Virus genome (UHGV): UHGV-1364187
DNA: 64,000 nt
Reading direction: 5' to 3' (one strand)
Source of the DNA: a virus
The notes under the pieces were generated by a model, which worked only from the letters and a program-made list of their open reading frames with translations, did not search any database and was not told where the DNA came from. Both the position numbers and the translations under genes were made by a program. Shown here one piece after another: positions 59,504 through 64,000 of the stretch (position 1 is the first letter of the stretch; each line of letters opens with the position of its first letter).

Positions 59504-60277
59504 TTACTTTTCCTCCTTTTTAACTATTACAGCTGGTATAACTAAACCTTGTTCAGTATACTCATTTCCAGCTATATTATTTGTATGTTGATTTTGGTCA
59601 ACATTTAAAATATTTCGTATAGTGTCCATTGTCGGTAATTTGTTTCCACCACCAAATTCTACATACAATTCACTCTTCTCTAAGATATCATAATTAATCT
59701 TAGTTTTATAAGTCATTTCTTCTATACGCTGTAAAATATCAAGTTGTTCTGGTGGGAAAAATGGTCTATATAAATCAACAAACTTCTTATAATTACCCAA
59801 TACTTTGTCTGTCGGTACAAATAGATATCCATTATGAATTAATTGATGTGGTGTTTCTGATACAGATATTAATCCTATAATTCCATAATAGTGTACATAC
59901 ATAACTTCTTTAGCTACCAATTCTATTTCCAATGGTTCATTATATGCAACTCTTTTATTAAATACTATTAGACATATATCATATAATGATAATGGATCAT
60001 GATGTAAATGGATTTTAATCTTAGAAGTCTCTTCATTGGTCACATTCTCATAAAAACAACATTTATTCATGTCCATATTCTCTCTAAGATACTGAATAAG
60101 CATTTGATACTCTATAGAATGTCTTACCATTCTTTCTAAATCTTTCATAAATTTTTTGAATGATTTATCATCAAATAAGTCATAATCTTGAATATCAAAT
60201 GGTGGTAATTCTCTGATATGCAATATTGTACTTTTATCGTTTAATTGAATAGGTATTAAATTATTCGGATCTCGCAT
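59504..60277 (-). CDS. hypothetical protein with C-terminal LVIPAVIVKKEEK tag
   Basis: 257 aa; AAAGGAG RBS. Confidence 0.45.
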   Translation of the reverse strand: MRDPNNLIPIQLNDKSTILHIRELPPFDIQDYDLFDDKSFKKFMKDLERMVRHSIEYQMLIQYLRENMDMNKCCFYENVTNEETSKIKIHLHHDPLSLYDICLIVFNKRVAYNEPLEIELVAKEVMYVHYYGIIGLISVSETPHQLIHNGYLFVPTDKVLGNYKKFVDLYRPFFPPEQLDILQRIEEMTYKTKINYDILEKSELYVEFGGGNKLPTMDTIRNILNVDQNQHTNNIAGNEYTEQGLVIPAVIVKKEEK

Positions 60278-60353
60278 TATATCAGCTCCTTTCTTACGTA
60301 TATGTTGAAATATACTGTTTACCGAACATATAGATAAAAAGGGAGATGATAAT

Positions 60354-60536
60354 ATGCCAGGAACATATAAATTTTACATAGGAAGATGTGTGGAATGTGA
60401 TAAAGAAGATTTCTTTCCAATATACTTATATAAAAACTCCAATACATCAACATGTGAATATTGTGGAGGTACGGTATATATAGATAAATCGGAAACATTT
60501 AAAGGAAAAATATACATAAACAGAGAAAAAAGATAA
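60354..60536 (+). CDS. small zinc-ribbon protein (CxxC...CxxC)
   Basis: AAGGGAGATG RBS, MPGTYKFYIGRCVECDKEDFF...CEYCGG; followed by terminator 60542-60575; TTGAAA-17-TATAGA upstream. Confidence 0.5.
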   Translation: MPGTYKFYIGRCVECDKEDFFPIYLYKNSNTSTCEYCGGTVYIDKSETFKGKIYINREKR

Positions 60537-60541
60537 AAAAT

Positions 60542-60575
60542 AAGTATAGTGGGCATTTGCCCACTATACTTTTCA
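60542..60575 (+). terminator. hairpin terminator + T-run
   Basis: agtatagtgggca/tgcccactatact. Confidence 0.6.
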
Positions 60576-60685
60576 TATGTTAGAAACCCACAAATGGTTG
60601 TGGTTATATATTTTTTAATATATGAGCTAACACCTAATAGGAAACAATTTAACAGCAAGATAAAGGTCATTACGATCATTAACTT

Positions 60686-60713
60686 CATATATATAATATA
60701 TAATTGAAATTTT
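60686..60713 (-). promoter_or_regulatory. early-promoter-like motif copy
   Basis: CATATATATAATATATAATTGAAATTTT with hairpin 60714-60751 upstream. Confidence 0.45.
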
Positions 60714-60827
60714 AAAGATATACATTATGGACATCCATAATGTATATCTTTATATTGTTAAACAATAAAACAGTAATAAGAGGATTTTATAGAATGTTAA
60801 ATCAGATATATCTGATTTATATTTATG

Positions 60828-61946
60828 TTATTCGTCTTGTAAATCTTTATCTTCTTGTTGTTCTAAATATAGCTCTAAATATTCTTCATTTGTCATAATA
60901 TGTTCATCTACAACTTCGTCTATGAATTCCTTTTCATCATTACATACAATCTTTTGTTTATACTCAGGTAATAATAGATTGTCAATATCAAAATCTTCAC
61001 CAAAATTATCAGTAATATATTTAAATATAGATTCTTTGATACTTGAATATGAGTCTATATTTAATAATATCTCTTCTAATGTGTATGTTATATAACAATC
61101 AACTGTATTACCCAAAGGTCTATATAAATCACTTATAGTATTATCTGATATAGATTCTTGTACAGACATAACAGCTTTAGCTAATGAATTTAAATCCCAT
61201 TCATTTCCAGCCCATTCAACTTTTTTCTTTATCATTGGAATAAAGCTATTATCAAAACTATAAGTACATTTGTTAATATTACATATATCTATATACGGTA
61301 TATTCTTTAAATGTAATGTGACATTGATAAATTTTGGTAATCTTCTCATTGGAATAATTCCATCTACAGATGACCATAGATCTAATATATTATCAATATG
61401 AAATATACTAATATCATCATTAATCTTATTAAGATATTCATCTTCACATTCATAAACAAATCTATCTTTTATCATAATCTCATCGTTAATTAAATCTTTA
61501 AAGAATCTATAATCTAATTGATATAGACTATCAATTACTAGCTGTAGTATATTATTATTTGTATCTTGGATAGATTTTATCATATCTTTATAATCAAATA
61601 TAGATCCACCTATTATAATAGTATACTCATTATCTTTCAGAACGACTTCAGTTTTAAGTTCATTCTTATTAGACAAAAACTCTATTAATGAATCTTTTAT
61701 ATTTTCAAAAGCTTTTATTACAATAACGACATTACTATGAACAAGTAAATCTTCATTATTCTCTATTGTAGATATCATATTTGGTTTATTTGATTGATCA
61801 TTAAAAGAACAATAAGAACACAAAAGATATGTGTTCTTAATTGTTATTAATGATCTATTATCATGAATTTTACCAAGTTCTATTTCTTCACTTTTTTTAG
61901 TTGAAGATTTGATATTGCTTAGTACTTTCTTAATAGATCTCTTCAT
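60828..61946 (-). CDS. hypothetical protein
   Basis: 372 aa. Confidence 0.45.
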   Translation of the reverse strand: MKRSIKKVLSNIKSSTKKSEEIELGKIHDNRSLITIKNTYLLCSYCSFNDQSNKPNMISTIENNEDLLVHSNVVIVIKAFENIKDSLIEFLSNKNELKTEVVLKDNEYTIIIGGSIFDYKDMIKSIQDTNNNILQLVIDSLYQLDYRFFKDLINDEIMIKDRFVYECEDEYLNKINDDISIFHIDNILDLWSSVDGIIPMRRLPKFINVTLHLKNIPYIDICNINKCTYSFDNSFIPMIKKKVEWAGNEWDLNSLAKAVMSVQESISDNTISDLYRPLGNTVDCYITYTLEEILLNIDSYSSIKESIFKYITDNFGEDFDIDNLLLPEYKQKIVCNDEKEFIDEVVDEHIMTNEEYLELYLEQQEDKDLQDE

Positions 61947-62346
61947 TATATTTCCCCCTATATAAGTCTACCATTTTTTGATAGACTTCTGATACTTCAT
62001 CTCCCCACTCTGGTTCTAATGGTCTAATGAGTTTTTGTATATCTTTAGTCGTAATGATTTCGTTTCTTTGAACAATTTGATTCATTGTTCTTACATAAAG
62101 TTCAATAGATGTTTCTACACTATCATATTCAATAGGCATAACAAATTGTGTTTCTTCAGATTTAATATTTCCTGGATTTCTATAATCAGAAATTAATTTT
62201 GGATGTTTTCTATTCTCAAATTCAAATATAGCCATAATAAGATATGGATCTACGTTATAGTAATCACAATATTTCTTTACTATTGGTAATAACCAATGGA
62301 TCTTCTTATTTGTTGATAAGAAGATTATCTCTTCTTTAAACTCCAT
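61930..62346 (-). CDS. hypothetical protein
   Basis: 138 aa. Confidence 0.4.
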   Translation of the reverse strand: MEFKEEIIFLSTNKKIHWLLPIVKKYCDYYNVDPYLIMAIFEFENRKHPKLISDYRNPGNIKSEETQFVMPIEYDSVETSIELYVRTMNQIVQRNEIITTKDIQKLIRPLEPEWGDEVSEVYQKMVDLYRGKYNEEIY

Positions 62347-62364
62347 TTTACATCACTTCCATTT

Positions 62365-62988
62365 TTAATATTTTAAACTATTCCATTCTGGGAATGGTTT
62401 TTGTTCTACTACTGGTTTATCAATAGTATCTTTGATTGTATGTGCTAATTGAATATTATCTTTTACAATTCTTAGAATAGTTTTTTTAGAATTAAAATCG
62501 ATATTCTTAATAGCTTCATAACAAGGTTCGATATATTTGATAAATCTATCAATATATTCAACCAATTCTTTATTAGAACTAAATACACCACCAGCTTCAA
62601 AACTTACTGCTAACTTGGTATTGATAAGTGTATTAAGATCTTCTAGTACTTTAAATTGATCCTTGATTGATTTTGTTTTATTGAAATAAAAGTTTTCATT
62701 AATATACTTTTGAATTTCGTCCGTACATGTAAAATCAGATTCAATATGTACACCTTTTAAAATTTCTCCTGTTCTGTCTGTAATAAAAGACAAGTTGTAT
62801 AACGGATTACTATTATATATAATAGCAGTAATGAATTTAGAATCTGTTTGTGCAATCCCTTTTAAATTCTCTGTTCTATATCTTTGTTTACCAATAAATG
62901 TAAACTCTGGACGTTTATTGATTTTATCTGCTAGAACATAAAGTTCTTTAAGCATTTTCATCTTGTCTACTAATACTGATTGTGACAT
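62365..62988 (-). CDS. hypothetical protein (ORF to 62997; likely start MSQSVLV after GGAGG)
   Basis: about 207 aa. Confidence 0.45.
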   Translation of the reverse strand: MSQSVLVDKMKMLKELYVLADKINKRPEFTFIGKQRYRTENLKGIAQTDSKFITAIIYNSNPLYNLSFITDRTGEILKGVHIESDFTCTDEIQKYINENFYFNKTKSIKDQFKVLEDLNTLINTKLAVSFEAGGVFSSNKELVEYIDRFIKYIEPCYEAIKNIDFNSKKTILRIVKDNIQLAHTIKDTIDKPVVEQKPFPEWNSLKY

Positions 62989-63048
62989 GATAATCATTCC
63001 TCCTTATATTAATATTAGTTATTATAGTGTTTTTTATATAATTAAATA

Positions 63049-63076
63049 TTATTTCGATTATATATTATAAATATGA
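63049..63076 (+). promoter_or_regulatory. early-promoter-like motif in plus-strand functional orientation
   Basis: TATTTCGATTATATATTATAAATATG 49-76 nt upstream of ATG 63125. Confidence 0.45.
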
Positions 63077-63124
63077 TAGATAAATGAGATATCTATACTA
63101 TTATATTATGAGGAGGTACTTATT

Positions 63125-63811
63125 ATGAATAAAGTACAAGAGTTTATTTTCAACAATCTAGGAAGCGTTAGAATTATACCATCCGAGAATGGTAACCAAA
63201 TTGACACACTATTCTGTGCCAAAGATGTAGCATCTATTTTAGGGTACAGTAACACAAAAGATGCAATTTTAAGACATTGTAAGGGGGTCGTGAAACACGA
63301 CCTCCCTTCAAATGGAGGAAATCAATTAACAAACTTTATTAAACTTCCAGATGTATTCAATCTTATTTATGGATCTAAAATGCCTTTCGCTGAAGAGTTT
63401 AAAGATTGGATCTCTTATGAATTATTACCATCTATTTATATGAATGGTAGCTATACAGATCAAAATCATGATCCAAATTTCAAATTACCAAATACAATAT
63501 ACAATAGTGCAACAGATACATATGATCTAGCACAAAATGTAGATAGTGAATTTGAAATTCCGTGGAATGAAGAAACTTTAAACCAATTCCCAGAATGTAT
63601 GAGAAGATATCAACAAAATCCAAATATTCAATTAAATAAACATGATTCTATGATGTTATATGGTGTAAATCTTATGATGAATGAATATCAACAAAGACAT
63701 TTTGAGTATACAATAAATATAATTAACCAATTACAAAATCAAATCAATCAAATGCAACAAGATGTAAATAAAGTCAAACAATTAATCGTTCCAGTAACAA
63801 TTGAAAAATAA
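63125..63811 (+). CDS. Bro-N domain protein, paralogue 2
   Basis: N-terminal about 120 aa roughly 85% identical at DNA level to the 21355 gene (MNKVQEFIFNNLGSVRIIPSENGNQIDTLFCAKDVASILGYS...); C-terminal LIVPVTIEK. Confidence 0.65.
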   Translation: MNKVQEFIFNNLGSVRIIPSENGNQIDTLFCAKDVASILGYSNTKDAILRHCKGVVKHDLPSNGGNQLTNFIKLPDVFNLIYGSKMPFAEEFKDWISYELLPSIYMNGSYTDQNHDPNFKLPNTIYNSATDTYDLAQNVDSEFEIPWNEETLNQFPECMRRYQQNPNIQLNKHDSMMLYGVNLMMNEYQQRHFEYTINIINQLQNQINQMQQDVNKVKQLIVPVTIEK

Positions 63812-63835
63812 TATAGTTCATAGGAGATGATTTTA

Positions 63836-64000
63836 TGTTAGTATTAGGAAAATTCGATTATGTATATTCAGATCAACAAAAAGATGCATTAAGAAACGCA
63901 ATTACTAATAATATTGAAGTTGGTGATATTAAAAATCCAGGCATTCCATTGAATCTTATGGAAACATATATTGAACTTAGGTCTTATGGGTATGATATTG
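63836..64000 (+). CDS. hypothetical protein, 5' partial (runs off window)
   Basis: GGAG RBS then ATG 63836 MLVLGKFDYVYSDQQ... Confidence 0.35.

Noticed and set aside
1-64000. Prophage/integration signals, CRISPR arrays, rRNA
   Set aside because: No integrase, attachment-site-like repeats, repeat-spacer arrays or rRNA-like GC-rich tracts were seen. The whole window is uniformly phage-like.

Overview
This is an AT-rich window (roughly 28% GC) that reads as a contiguous stretch of a large virulent dsDNA phage genome. Genes are tightly packed, mostly on the minus strand, with strong Gram-positive Shine-Dalgarno sites (AAAGGAGG) and many hairpin terminators. No rRNA, tRNA, CRISPR, integrase or transposase was seen. 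The gene content points to a Bacillus-type jumbo phage of the AR9/PBS1-like kind. The evidence is a split multisubunit RNA polymerase beta' (zinc finger plus AADFDGD catalytic motif in one gene, bridge helix and trigger loop in another), a SpoIIID-family regulator, and an SH3b-amidase endolysin. The window contains four modules.

(i) Replication and nucleic-acid metabolism: a DnaB-like helicase, an Mre11/SbcD-like metallophosphoesterase, an MBL-fold hydrolase, a PD-(D/E)XK RecB-like nuclease, a DHH/DHHA1 NrnA-like phosphoesterase and RNase H.

(ii) A lysis-proximal cassette: the endolysin, two paralogous Bcs1-like AAA+ ATPases and small transmembrane peptides.

(iii) A plus-strand tail-fibre module: an HxH-repeat fibre, a LamG-like protein, a Kelch-propeller protein and a Flg_new-repeat protein. 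Two minus-strand paralogous fibre-like proteins lie nearby.

(iv) An RNA polymerase region in which the beta' N-terminal gene is interrupted by an ORF-less group I intron with td-like P/Q/R/S core elements. A free-standing HNH homing endonuclease sits between the beta' pieces.

Several recurring signals stand out:
- A conserved about 22-nt early-promoter-like motif (5'-TTTCAATTATATATTATATA-3' in the direction of transcription) occurs upstream of at least 12 genes, usually paired with a terminator hairpin.
- A short peptide tag (I/V-P-A-T/V-I-E/V) sits at the extreme N- or C-termini of at least eight otherwise unrelated proteins.
- Two paralogous Bro-N genes carry non-homologous but structurally equivalent 10-bp GC-rich hairpins with an AAA loop at the same coding position.
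- Two small genes end in TGA followed by a long in-frame open continuation with no start codon.
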